64,000 nt of DNA, taken from assembly GCA_965204375.1 (NCBI GenBank), contig OZ241986.1:4768001-4832000 (forward strand), in the 5' to 3' direction. Source of the DNA: Candidatus Latescibacterota bacterium (GTDB taxonomy: Bacteria; Latescibacterota; UBA2968). The notes under the pieces were generated by a model that saw nothing but the letters and a program-made list of their open reading frames with translations, was not told the DNA's origin and ran no database searches. The translations under genes were made by a program, and so were the position numbers. Numbering within the stretch: the stretch's first letter is position 1; each line of letters begins with the position of its first letter. Of the stretch, positions 1-9,935 are shown one piece after another.

Positions 1-1415
1 ATCGGCAAACTCACAATGTGATCGCGTGCAAAACCCATATTTTTGGTTTCTATAAATCGCAGTTGCTGATAAACGATCAGGGTGCAGATCACCAGCAGGA
101 TGGACATGCCAAACTGAAAAACCACGAGTCCTTTCCGTAGCCCTGTGGAACCCGAGGAGGAAGACGCCCTACTTTTTAGCACTGTGACCGGACTAAAGGA
201 TGAGAGGAAAAATGCTGGATACCATCCCGCCAGCAGTCCGACCAACAATGTGAGTGCCAGTGCCGCCGGCGCACCTATTTTTACTGTATCCGCGTTGAGG
301 TGTAAATCGCCGCGTACAAATTGGTTGAATAAGGGCAGGCATAACTCAACCAGTGCCAGTGCAATCAGCAAGGCTGCGCAGGTTAAAAGCAGGGATTCGC
401 TCAAAAACTGAACCATCAATTGTGGACGATGCGCGCCAACCACTTTTCGCACGCCGACTTCGCGCTTGCGGGTGACAGCGCGAGCAGTTGCCAGATTTGT
501 AAAGTTCACGCATGCAATGACCACTACGATCAGCCCGATAGCCACCAGTATGTAAATTTGTTGTATGGGGCTGTTGGCAGTCGGGTTAAAATCGGATTCG
601 CCATACAGATACACGCGGTGCAAAGGCTGTAAATGGTAGGTATTTTTTTTTGCAACGTCGTCCCCCATGTACTGCTTGATCAGCATCTGCATTTTTGCCT
701 GTAGGGTTTCTGCGGTTTGTCCTGTTTTTAATAGTACAAAGGTTTTTACAGGCCGCCAGGATTGCCTGGGTAGCCACATCATCCACGGCTCTTGTGTTTT
801 TCCTACGGAAGGTACTGTGGTTGTGAGCAAATGAAATTGAAGGTCTGATAAAAGGTGTGGCGCCTTGACTATGCCAGTAACTGTGTACTCGCCCGGAAAA
901 TTGCGATTGTCGATTGAAACTGTTTTGCCCATTGGGTCAATATCGCCAAATAGCTGTTGTGCCATGTCATCGGTAATGACCGCAGAGTACGGCAGGCGAA
1001 ACGCGGTCTCTAAGTCGCCTTTTATGAGGGGAAAATCAAATACATCCAAAAAGTTGTCATCTACCAGTGCCAGGGTATATAGATTCTTGTGGTCGCCATA
1101 TTTTGCAGATACACCCCATCGCCAGATACGCACCGTTGTTTCTACTTCGGGAAATGTTTCTTCCAACACGGGACCGAGTGCGCCTGATGTACCTTCTTCA
1201 TAAGTTGTTTGCGTACTGCCGCGTTCTTCTCGAATTACTTTGTAAATGCGGTCGCCCAGTGTGTGGGAGCGATCTACTGAAAACTCCTGCTGGATATACA
1301 ACAGGATCAAGATGCCACACGCCAGCCCAATGGCAAGTCCCAATACATTGATGGACGTGTACAATTTGTGCCGCATCAGATTGCGGATCGCTACTGTCAG
1401 GTAATTTTTGATCAT
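1..1415 (-). CDS. MacB/FtsX-family ABC transporter permease (paralog type A), 3' end runs off the window
   Basis: ATG at 1415 after a GAGGAAA RBS, reading MIKNYLTVAIRNLMRHKLYTSIN; DNA closely parallels 4843-6243. Absent from the ORF track because there is no stop in the window. Confidence 0.9.
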   Translation of the reverse strand, partial: MIKNYLTVAIRNLMRHKLYTSINVLGLAIGLACGILILLYIQQEFSVDRSHTLGDRIYKVIREERGSTQTTYEEGTSGALGPVLEETFPEVETTVRIWRWGVSAKYGDHKNLYTLALVDDNFLDVFDFPLIKGDLETAFRLPYSAVITDDMAQQLFGDIDPMGKTVSIDNRNFPGEYTVTGIVKAPHLLSDLQFHLLTTTVPSVGKTQEPWMMWLPRQSWRPVKTFVLLKTGQTAETLQAKMQMLIKQYMGDDVAKKNTYHLQPLHRVYLYGESDFNPTANSPIQQIYILVAIGLIVVVIACVNFTNLATARAVTRKREVGVRKVVGAHRPQLMVQFLSESLLLTCAALLIALALVELCLPLFNQFVRGDLHLNADTVKIGAPAALALTLLVGLLAGWYPAFFLSSFSPVTVLKSRASSSSGSTGLRKGLVVFQFGMSILLVICTLIVYQQLRFIETKNMGFARDHIVSLP

Positions 1416-1437
1416 GAGAATTTCCTCTTATTGTTCT

Positions 1438-3789
1438 CTACTCATCTCGCAACGCGTCCGCCGGGTTTGCGCGGGCTGCTTTGAGGGCTTGGGCGGTGAC
1501 GGTTGTGAGCACGACGAGGAACATGGCGACGCTGCCGAGTAAGAATGCGCCAATACCCAACTCAGTGCGATAGGCGAAGGTTTGTAGCCATTGATTGGTG
1601 GCGTAATAGGCGATGGGGAATGCGATGAGGCTTGATAGGGCGATGTAGAGGACGAATTCCCGCGAGAGCAGGGATAGGATTTGGGATTGCGATGCGCCCA
1701 GGACTTTCCGAATGCCGATTTCTTTGGTGCGTCTGGTTGTGGCGAGTGCAGCGAGTCCGAATGCGCCGAGTGCGGCGATGAAGATGGCGAATCCTGTGGC
1801 GTATTGGATCATTTGGTTCCAGCGTTCTTCTTTTTTGTATTGTTTGTCTAAGTCTTCATCGATGAATGAGAAGTTGAATGCGTGGTTGGGTGCAACTTTT
1901 TCCCACTGTTCTTTGATAAATGCGATGGTGCCGGGTACATTTTCGGGGTGAATGCGGACCAATAAGCGTCCAGTGGCTGTGCTAAGTGGCAGGACAGCGG
2001 GCGCAACTTTATGATGCAGGGAGCGGAAATGGAAATTTTGAACAACGCCGATGATGGTTCTGTTTTGTGAGCCGCCGTATTTGATTGTTTTGCCGATCGG
2101 GTCTTCTATGCCGAATTTTTTGACGAGTGCTTCATTGACAATGACAGCTTCCTTTTGATCGGTTGGAAATTCTCTGTTGTATTCTCGACCTGCGATGAAT
2201 TTCATACCGAGCGTTTTGAACAGGTCGTAGTCGATACCAATACCTTCAACGGGTTGTTCTGGACTTCCCTGATATGTTACGTAGGTTGACATACTCATGT
2301 CGTTGTTTAGACGGTGGTTAAGCCAGGTTGTGCTGATCACGGCATGGTGAGACAGCAGGGCATCCCGAAAAACTGTTTCTGTGGTTTTGTTTTCTTTTTT
2401 TAGATCACTGGTCCAAATGGCGACGACGTGTTCGGTTTGATATCCCAGGGGTTGGGTTCGCAAAAAGGTGAGCTGTTTGCCCATCATCAGGGTGGTGATG
2501 ATGAAGAATATGGATAGGGCAAACTGAAAGATGATCAATACGTTGCCAAAACGATTGCCCGTTTTGATTTGCAATCTGCTCGCGATGATTTGGGTCGGTT
2601 GCAGTCGGGATAGGATAAGGGCGGGATACCCCCCTGCTGTGATGCCGACGAGGCCGACAAGCAGGAGGAGAAAGGCGAGTGTTGTGGTGTTGAGACCGTC
2701 GGCTAGAGATAGGGATTTCCCGGATAGGTTATTGAATGTGGGTAAGGTGAGTTCTGCGATGGCAATGCCGGCGATGAGTGCGATGGTGATGAGTAAGAGC
2801 GATTCGCCGATAAATTGGTTTGCGATTTGCAGGCGTTTTGCGCCGACGACTTTTCTCAAGCCGACTTCTCGCGCCCGGGTTGCCTGCCGTCCGAGGGTTA
2901 AGGTTGTGAAGTTGACGCAGGCGATAAATAATACGAGGATTGCGATGCCCGATAAGATGTATGAGTAAATTGGATTACTGCGGCGGCTTACATGCATGGT
3001 CTGATCGAAGTGCATCTGGGTGAGTGGTTGAAGTTTGATCAGGTTTTCGCTCTTTTCGTCCCACCAGTTTTTGGTCCATTTGGGAAATTGTTGTTCGAGA
3101 CTGTTGGGGTGTACATTTGGGGGGAGCATCATGAAAGTAAATATGCTGTAGTAATTCCATCTGTCTTCGACCTTGCTTTGTTCAAAGGGTAGTAGTACGT
3201 CAAATTGAATTGTGGAGTTTTTGGGCGCGTTTTGCACAATGCCCGTGATGGTGTAATCCTGGATTTCATTTTTGTATTCAATGGGAAGTATTGCTCCGAC
3301 TGGATTGACATTGTTGAAATATTTCTGAGCAGTTTTTTCTGTTATGAGTGCGGAGTATTTGTCTTGAAGGGCATGGGATGGATCGCCCTGAAGGATTGGA
3401 AAAGAAAAAATGTCGAGGAAGTTGGGATCGGTAAATCCCAGCTTCGCTCGAAAAGCGCGATTTTTTGTTCCAATTTTCCCCGTGCGAGACGCGAAACGAA
3501 CCGTCTGCATGTCGGGAAAGGCTTCTGTTAATGCAGGTCCAAGAGGGCCGGGTGTTACACCGTGAACGCGCTCGCCTCGCCCTTTTATATAAACCCGATA
3601 GATGCGGTCGGCATTTTCGTGGAAGGTGTCGTAGGTCCATTCGTTATGGACAAAGAGAAAGGTGAGGATGCAAAAGGCGAGGGCGATGGATAGGCCGATG
3701 ATGTTGATGGCCGAGTACACACGGTGTCTGGCGAGGTTGCGGATCGCCGTTTTCAGATAGCTACTGAATAAAGATATTTCAGTGAACAT
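1438..3789 (-). CDS. MacB/FtsX-family ABC permease (type B)
   Basis: 783 aa; YLKTAIRNL N-terminus, two FtsX motifs (RAREVGLRKVVGA, RTKEIGIRKVLGA), NPADALRDE C-terminus. Confidence 0.95.
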   Translation of the reverse strand: MFTEISLFSSYLKTAIRNLARHRVYSAINIIGLSIALAFCILTFLFVHNEWTYDTFHENADRIYRVYIKGRGERVHGVTPGPLGPALTEAFPDMQTVRFASRTGKIGTKNRAFRAKLGFTDPNFLDIFSFPILQGDPSHALQDKYSALITEKTAQKYFNNVNPVGAILPIEYKNEIQDYTITGIVQNAPKNSTIQFDVLLPFEQSKVEDRWNYYSIFTFMMLPPNVHPNSLEQQFPKWTKNWWDEKSENLIKLQPLTQMHFDQTMHVSRRSNPIYSYILSGIAILVLFIACVNFTTLTLGRQATRAREVGLRKVVGAKRLQIANQFIGESLLLITIALIAGIAIAELTLPTFNNLSGKSLSLADGLNTTTLAFLLLLVGLVGITAGGYPALILSRLQPTQIIASRLQIKTGNRFGNVLIIFQFALSIFFIITTLMMGKQLTFLRTQPLGYQTEHVVAIWTSDLKKENKTTETVFRDALLSHHAVISTTWLNHRLNNDMSMSTYVTYQGSPEQPVEGIGIDYDLFKTLGMKFIAGREYNREFPTDQKEAVIVNEALVKKFGIEDPIGKTIKYGGSQNRTIIGVVQNFHFRSLHHKVAPAVLPLSTATGRLLVRIHPENVPGTIAFIKEQWEKVAPNHAFNFSFIDEDLDKQYKKEERWNQMIQYATGFAIFIAALGAFGLAALATTRRTKEIGIRKVLGASQSQILSLLSREFVLYIALSSLIAFPIAYYATNQWLQTFAYRTELGIGAFLLGSVAMFLVVLTTVTAQALKAARANPADALRDE

Positions 3790-3813
3790 TGGTTTCTCCT
3801 GTGCGGGATTGAT

Positions 3814-6243
3814 TTACTCATATCGCAAGGCATCAATTGGATTGGATCGCGCTGCGCGAATGGCCTGCATGCTCACGGTTCCAAAGGCGATGATCAGTGC
3901 CATTATTGCGCTTGCGACAAATGGCAAGACATTCAGGTTTGTCTGATAGGCAAATCCAGAGAGCCAGTCGCGCATGAGATAGTAGGCGATTGGCCAGGCG
4001 ATGAGATTGGCAAGCAGGATGAGCAACATAAATTCGCGCGAGAGCAGCATGACCAGATGCGGTGTGGATGCGCCCAGTACTTTCCGGATACCAATTTCTT
4101 TGGTGCGGGATTGAACCATGAACGCAGCCAGTCCGAACAGTCCCAAACACGCTACAAAAATTGCCAGTAGTGAAAATATCCCGAGCATTTTGCCGGTGAG
4201 TTGCTCGTTGAAATAGATCCAATCTATGATTTCGTCCAAAAAATGATATTCAAAGGGTGCGTCCGGCACAAAGCGTTTCCACTGCGTTTCGAGAAAGGAC
4301 AGGGTTTGCGCGGTGTTTTCTGGTCGGATGCGCAGGGCCAGCGAATAAAGCAGTCTCCAACGGGCTACAAATCCCATGGGTGCGATTTCTTCCCGTAGCG
4401 ATAAACTGTGGTAGTCTTTTACAACGCCAATTACGGTCAGGGTTTGGTTTGGAAATGCCGGAGACTCGATCTGTTTGCCAATCGGGTCGTCCTCCCAACC
4501 GAGCAGGCGCACGGCTGTTTCGTTCAAAATAATTGCTTGAGATGTATCGCTGGCAACATCGGCTGAAAAGGCGCGACCGCGAAGTACGGGGATTTCAAAT
4601 GTTTCAAAGAATGAGTCGTCAACTTCGTTTATGCGAAATGTTCGTTCTTTTGTGCGGTCCCCATCGGGCCAGATTAAGCGCGGTCGTCCTCCGTATCCCG
4701 CGATGTCGTATCTCAGTGCCGACGCGCTGAGGATATTGGGGTGTTCGAGAAATGCCTGTTTGACCATCTGGTGGCGTGCTGAAAGACGCATTTGTGGGTT
4801 GGGTTCCTTCTGAAAATCGCGCAAAAAGATCCGCAACATCACAATATGATCGCGTGCAAAACCCATGTCTTTGGTTTCCATAAATCGCAGTTGCTGATAA
4901 ACTATCAGGGTGGAGATCACCAGCAAGATGGACATGCCAAACTGAAAAACCACGAGTCCTTTCTTCAGTCCTGTGGAACCCGAGGAGGAAGACGCGCTGC
5001 TTTTTAATGCAGTCACCGGGCGAAAAGAGGAGAGGAAAAACGCCGGATACCATCCCGCCAGTAGTCCGACCAATAACGTTAATGCCAGTACCGCTGGCGC
5101 ACCTGCCAGTACTGTAGTTGCGTTGAAGTGTAAATCGCCGCGCACAAATTGGTTGAATAAGGGCAGGAATAACTCGACCAGTGCAAGGGCAATCAGCAGG
5201 GCGGCACTGGTTAAAAGCAGGGATTCGCTCAAGAACTGGACCATCAGTTGCGGGCGATGCGCGCCAACGACTTTTCGCACGCCCACTTCGCGCTGGCGGG
5301 TGACAGCCCGTGCCGTTGCCAGATTTGTAAAATTCACGCAGGCAATGATTACCAGGATCAGTCCGATAGCCGCCAGCATGTAAATTTTTTGAATAGGGGT
5401 ATTGGTAGTCGGGTTAAAATCGGATTCGCCATACAGGTACACGCGGTGCAGGGGCTGTAGATGGTAGGCGTTTTTTTTTGCTACTTCATCCCCCATATAC
5501 TGCTTGATCAACGACTGCATTTTTGTCTGTAGGGTTTCTGGATTTTGTCCTGCTTTTAATAGCACATAGGTGTTTACCGGACGCCAGGATTGCGTGGGTC
5601 GCCATAGTGTCCACACCTCTTGCGTTTCTTCTACGGGGGGTATTGTGGTTGAGAGTATTTCAAAATAAAGATTGGATGAGCGGGGTGGTGCTTTTACGAG
5701 GCCAGTTACTGTGTACTCACCTGGAAAACTGATGTTGTCGATTGAAAATGTTCGGCCCATTGGGTCAATATCGCCAAATAAGTGTTGTGCCATGTCGTCG
5801 GTAATGACCACAGAGTAGGGCGTGCGAAACGCAGTTTCTGGATCGCCTTTTATGAAGGGAAAATCAAATACGTTCAGAAAGTTGTTATCTACCAGCGCAA
5901 AAGCATATTGACCCGTGCGTTCGCCGTATTGTGCAGATACGCCCCATCGCCAGATGCGCACCGTTGTTTCTACTTCGGGAAATGTTTCTTTTAGTACAGG
6001 TCCGAGCGTCCCTGAAGTTCCGCTGCCATAAGTTGTTTGTGTACTGCTGCGTTCTTCTCGAATCACTTTGTAAATGCGGTCGCCCAGGGTGTGGGAGCGG
6101 TTTACTGCAAATTCCTGTTGGATGTACAACAGGATCAAAATGCCACACGCCAGGCCGATGGCAAGCCCCAGTACATTGATTGAGGTGTACAATTTGTGCC
6201 GCATCAGATTGCGAATCGCGACAACAAAATAATTTTTGATCAT
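3814..6243 (-). CDS. MacB/FtsX-family ABC permease (type A)
   Basis: Same duplicated permease architecture; start set at MIKNYFVV (6243) by comparison with paralogs; ends NPIDALRYE. Confidence 0.95.
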   Translation of the reverse strand: MIKNYFVVAIRNLMRHKLYTSINVLGLAIGLACGILILLYIQQEFAVNRSHTLGDRIYKVIREERSSTQTTYGSGTSGTLGPVLKETFPEVETTVRIWRWGVSAQYGERTGQYAFALVDNNFLNVFDFPFIKGDPETAFRTPYSVVITDDMAQHLFGDIDPMGRTFSIDNISFPGEYTVTGLVKAPPRSSNLYFEILSTTIPPVEETQEVWTLWRPTQSWRPVNTYVLLKAGQNPETLQTKMQSLIKQYMGDEVAKKNAYHLQPLHRVYLYGESDFNPTTNTPIQKIYMLAAIGLILVIIACVNFTNLATARAVTRQREVGVRKVVGAHRPQLMVQFLSESLLLTSAALLIALALVELFLPLFNQFVRGDLHFNATTVLAGAPAVLALTLLVGLLAGWYPAFFLSSFRPVTALKSSASSSSGSTGLKKGLVVFQFGMSILLVISTLIVYQQLRFMETKDMGFARDHIVMLRIFLRDFQKEPNPQMRLSARHQMVKQAFLEHPNILSASALRYDIAGYGGRPRLIWPDGDRTKERTFRINEVDDSFFETFEIPVLRGRAFSADVASDTSQAIILNETAVRLLGWEDDPIGKQIESPAFPNQTLTVIGVVKDYHSLSLREEIAPMGFVARWRLLYSLALRIRPENTAQTLSFLETQWKRFVPDAPFEYHFLDEIIDWIYFNEQLTGKMLGIFSLLAIFVACLGLFGLAAFMVQSRTKEIGIRKVLGASTPHLVMLLSREFMLLILLANLIAWPIAYYLMRDWLSGFAYQTNLNVLPFVASAIMALIIAFGTVSMQAIRAARSNPIDALRYE

Positions 6244-6327
6244 GATATTCCCCTGTTCCGTCCAGTTATTTCGCAGCAAGAAGTCAGCCATTCATCATTC
6301 AGGTAGAGTGGACGTATGAAAATAGTA

Positions 6328-6344
6328 AGCAATTTTTGTGCCAA
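6328..6344 (-). promoter_or_regulatory. sigma54 (-24/-12) promoter upstream of the permease at 6243
   Basis: Minus strand TTGGCACAAAAATTGCT fits TGGCAC-N5-TTGC. Confidence 0.85.
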
Positions 6345-6405
6345 AAGGATCTTTTCTATGTTTTACAAGGGGTTATGAAAATTTGTGCTCTGAATACAGT
6401 TTAAT

Positions 6406-6447
6406 AAGTGTCCGATTTTGATACAGTAGTGTCCGAAAATGAACACT
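6406..6447. promoter_or_regulatory. Putative enhancer-binding-protein upstream activating sequence, copy 1
   Basis: AAGTGTCCGATTTTGATACAGTAGTGTCCGAAAATGAACACT has two TGT..ACA boxes and is identical to 20263-20304. Confidence 0.75.
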
Positions 6448-6465
6448 CTCTATATGCTAAAAACC

Positions 6466-6501
6466 TTGAAATCTTCATATAAATATGGTAAATTTGCCAT
6501 A
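6466..6501 (+). promoter_or_regulatory. sigma70-like promoter with overlapping palindromic operator for the XRE gene
   Basis: TTGAAA-17 bp-TAAATT with an extended TG; imperfect palindrome TATGGTAAATTTGCCATA (6484-6501) covers the -10 box. Confidence 0.55.
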
Positions 6502-6537
6502 AATTGAGGGAAGGTACAATTTTGATGGAGACCTAAA

Positions 6538-6867
6538 ATGAATGAAAAAGTCAAATTTGAGCAAAGCTCTGGAAATGTATTTCGGGACATCGGGTTCTCA
6601 GAATCAGAGGCTGAACGTGAGTTGCTGAAGGCAGATCTCGCATTTGAAATCTATAGTATTCTTGAAGGGCGGAAGCTGACGCAGGCAAAAGCGGGGGAAA
6701 TTCTTGGGATCAATCAGTCCGACGTATCCCGGCTAAAGAACGGCGATTTTAGCCGTTTTAGTGTAGAGAGACTGTTTGGGTTTCTGAATCGGCTGAACCG
6801 CAATATCGAGATTCGCATTACGCATTCGGAAGATAGAGGCGGTCATCAGCGGGTCGTTGCTGTTTAG
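6538..6867 (+). CDS. XRE/HTH_37 regulator, HigA-like antitoxin with no adjacent toxin
   Basis: SSGNVFRDIGF...LTQAKAGEILGINQSDVSRLKNG..SRFSVERL signature; GGAG RBS. Confidence 0.85.
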   Translation: MNEKVKFEQSSGNVFRDIGFSESEAERELLKADLAFEIYSILEGRKLTQAKAGEILGINQSDVSRLKNGDFSRFSVERLFGFLNRLNRNIEIRITHSEDRGGHQRVVAV

Positions 6868-6877
6868 CGCCATCACC

Positions 6878-9214
6878 TCACTCATCTCTCAACGCATCCG
6901 CCGGGTTTGCGCGTGCGGCTTTGAAGGCTTGGGTGGTGACGGTTGTGAGTACGACGAGGAACATCGCTACGCTGCCGAGTAAGAATGCGTCCACTCCCAA
7001 TTCAGTGCGGTAGGCGAATATTTGCAACCATTGATTGGTCGCGTAATAGGCGATGGGGAATGCGATGAGGCTTGATAGGGCGATGTAGAGGACAAATTCT
7101 CGTGAGAGCAGAGATAGGATTTGCGCCTGGGATGCGCCTAAGACTTTGCGAATGCCGATTTCTTTGGTGCGTCGTGCGACAGCTAATGCCGCCAGTCCGA
7201 ATGCGCCGAGTGCGGCGATGAAGATGGCGAATCCCGTGGCGTATTGGATCATCTGGTTCCAGCGTTCTTCTTTTTTGTATTGTTTGTCTAAGTGTTCATC
7301 GATGAATGAGAAGTTGAATGTCTGGTTGGGGGCGACTTCTGCCCATTTTTCTTTTATAAATGCGATGGTGCCCGGCACGTTTTCGGGGTGAATGCGAACC
7401 AACAAGCGTCCAGTGTATATACCGAGTGGCAGGACAGCGGGTGCAATTTTGTGATGCAGGGAGTTAAAATGGAAATCGCGGACAACACCGATGATGGTTT
7501 TGTCTCGTCCATGTTTGATTGTTTTGCCAACGGGATCTTCTATGCTGAATTTTTGGACGAGTGCCTCGTTGACAAGGATTGATTCTTTGGCATCTGTTGG
7601 AAATTCTCTGTCGTATTCTCGACCTGCAACCAACTTTATGCCGAGTGTTTTGAATAGGTCGTAATCAATGCGGATGTTCTCAACGTATTGCTTTGGACTT
7701 CCTTCATAAGTTACATCAGCCCGGGAACTCATGGTGCTGCTTAGATAATGATTGAGCCAGGTCGTGCTGATCACTGAGGGATGTGACAGCAGTTCATCCC
7801 GAAAAACGTTTGGCAGGGTTTTGTTTTCTCTTTGCAATGCACGGGTCTGAATAGCGACGACGTGTTCGGTTTGATACCCCAGGGGTTTGGTTCGCAAAAA
7901 GGTGAGTTGTTGGGCCATCATCAGGGTGGTGATGATGAAGAATATGGATAGGGCAAACTGAAAAATGACCAGTATTTTGCCAAAACGATTGCCCGTTTTA
8001 ATTTGCAATCTGCTCGCGATGATTTGGGTTGGCTGTAGGCGGGATAGGATAAAGGCGGGATACCCCCCTGCTGTGATGCCCACGATGGTGACGAGAAGAA
8101 TGAGAAAGGCGAGTGTTGTAAGATTGAGGCCGTCGCTCAGGGATAGGGATTTTCCGGCCAGATTGTTGAATGTTGGCAATGTGAGTTCTGCTATGGCAAT
8201 GCCAACGATGAGCGCGATGAGGATGAGTAAGAGCGATTCGCCGATAAATTGGTTTGCGATCTGCATGCGCCCTGCGCCGACGACTTTTCGCAAGCCGACT
8301 TCTCGCGCCCGCGTTGCCTGTCGTCCGAGGGTTAAGGTGATGAAGTTGACACAGGCGATAAATAGCACGAGGATAGCAATGCCCGATAGAATGTATGAAT
8401 AAACTGGATTACTGCTATTACGCACCCCCATATTTTGAGCAAAATGCATTTGGGTGATGGGTAGAAGTTTGAGTTGGTTTTCGCTCTTTTCACCCCACCA
8501 GATTTTGGTCAATCTGGGAAATTGCTGTTCGACACTATTTGGAGATACATTTTGGGGGAGCATCATATACGTAGCCAGATAGTATATATTCCATTGGTTT
8601 TTGACTTGGACCCAGGAGGCCCGTTCAAATGGCAGTAGTGCGTCAAATTGAATTGTGGAATTTTTGGGTACGTTTTTTACAATGCCCGTGATGGTGTAGT
8701 TTTGAATTTCCTCTCCGCGCTGAATTGGAAGCACTTCTCCAACCGGGTTGGCGTTGTTGAAATACTTCTGCGCGGTTTTTTCTGTTATGATTACAGAATA
8801 CTTGTCCTGGAGTGCTTGAGTGAAATCGCCGTGAATGACTGAGAAAGAAAAAATGTCGAGGAAGTTGGAATCGACAAACCCCAAATTCGCTTGAAAAGCG
8901 CGATCTTGTGTACCAATTTTACCCCCGCTACCTCTGAAACGAACCGTCTGCATTGCGGGGAATGCTTCTGTTAATGCGGGTCCGAGGGGATCTGGTGTTA
9001 TACCAGAAACCCGATAGATGCGGTCGGCGTTTTTGTGAAAGGTGTCGTAGGTCCATTCGTTGTAGGTAAAGAGGTAGGTGAGGATGCAGAAGGCGAGGCC
9101 AATGGCAATGCCGATGATGTTAATGGCAGAGTAGATGCGGTGTCTGGCGAGGTTGCGGATCGCTGTTTTCAGGTAGCTACTGAATAAAGATATTTTAGCA
9201 CCTGCTTTGAACAT
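6878..9214 (-). CDS. MacB/FtsX-family ABC permease (type B)
   Basis: Close paralog of 1438-3789; start at 9214 (MFKAGAKISLF) follows an AGGAGG RBS. Confidence 0.95.
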   Translation of the reverse strand: MFKAGAKISLFSSYLKTAIRNLARHRIYSAINIIGIAIGLAFCILTYLFTYNEWTYDTFHKNADRIYRVSGITPDPLGPALTEAFPAMQTVRFRGSGGKIGTQDRAFQANLGFVDSNFLDIFSFSVIHGDFTQALQDKYSVIITEKTAQKYFNNANPVGEVLPIQRGEEIQNYTITGIVKNVPKNSTIQFDALLPFERASWVQVKNQWNIYYLATYMMLPQNVSPNSVEQQFPRLTKIWWGEKSENQLKLLPITQMHFAQNMGVRNSSNPVYSYILSGIAILVLFIACVNFITLTLGRQATRAREVGLRKVVGAGRMQIANQFIGESLLLILIALIVGIAIAELTLPTFNNLAGKSLSLSDGLNLTTLAFLILLVTIVGITAGGYPAFILSRLQPTQIIASRLQIKTGNRFGKILVIFQFALSIFFIITTLMMAQQLTFLRTKPLGYQTEHVVAIQTRALQRENKTLPNVFRDELLSHPSVISTTWLNHYLSSTMSSRADVTYEGSPKQYVENIRIDYDLFKTLGIKLVAGREYDREFPTDAKESILVNEALVQKFSIEDPVGKTIKHGRDKTIIGVVRDFHFNSLHHKIAPAVLPLGIYTGRLLVRIHPENVPGTIAFIKEKWAEVAPNQTFNFSFIDEHLDKQYKKEERWNQMIQYATGFAIFIAALGAFGLAALAVARRTKEIGIRKVLGASQAQILSLLSREFVLYIALSSLIAFPIAYYATNQWLQIFAYRTELGVDAFLLGSVAMFLVVLTTVTTQAFKAARANPADALRDE

Positions 9215-9297
9215 TTTACACCTCCTATAAATACAGAATTGCAAAACCACTGGAAATTCACGATATTTAAAATTATATCGTCTTCTAAACTCCAACT

Positions 9298-9537
9298 ATG
9301 AGAGATAAAATGCACAAAATCTCCCTAACAGAAGCAGAAACCTGCCTTGCTGAACTGGTTAAAGAAGCGACAAGTGGCGAAGAAGTCATTATTACTCAGA
9401 CAGATGGCTCTGTAGTTAAGCTTGTGGCAGTCTCGTCCAAACAACCAGTTCCAAAATTCGGCAGTGCAAAAGGGCTTGTTAAAATGTCAGATGATTTTGA
9501 CGAACCTCTTGAAGATTTCGAGGATTATGCCCTGTGA
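9298..9537 (+). CDS. vapB: Phd/YefM-DUF2281-type antitoxin
   Basis: ISLTEAETCLAELV..GEEVII...FGSAKGLVKMSDDFDEPLEDFEDY; overlaps the toxin start (GTGA); alternative start at 9310. Confidence 0.85.
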   Translation: MRDKMHKISLTEAETCLAELVKEATSGEEVIITQTDGSVVKLVAVSSKQPVPKFGSAKGLVKMSDDFDEPLEDFEDYAL

Positions 9538-9926
9538 AGTTGCTTCTCGACACGCACACGTTTCTTTGGTTTATCAATGGGGATGCCAATCTCAGTGCCG
9601 CTGCCAGACAACTAATCGAAAATCATGAGAATGAGCGCCTATTGAGCATTGCGAGCCTGTGGGAGATGGCAATAAAGGTCAGTATTGGAAAACTGGAACT
9701 GAACATTTCCTTTGCTAACTTATTGGAACAACAAATCACCGGAAATGCGATTGATCTCCTTCATATTAGTCCTGCCCATCTCGATGTTCTCAAAACCCTT
9801 TCCTTTCATCATCGCGACCCCTTTGACCGCCTCATCATTGCTCAAAGTATTGTTGAAAATGTCCCGATTTTAAGTCGAGATATAACATTTGATTTATATC
9901 CGATTGAACGAAGGTGGACGACCTGA
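9534..9926 (+). CDS. vapC: VapC-family PIN domain toxin
   Basis: LLLDTHTFLW, SIASLWEMAIK and HHRDPFDRLIIAQ motifs. Confidence 0.92.
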   Translation: MKLLLDTHTFLWFINGDANLSAAARQLIENHENERLLSIASLWEMAIKVSIGKLELNISFANLLEQQITGNAIDLLHISPAHLDVLKTLSFHHRDPFDRLIIAQSIVENVPILSRDITFDLYPIERRWTT

Positions 9927-9935
9927 CCTGATAGC

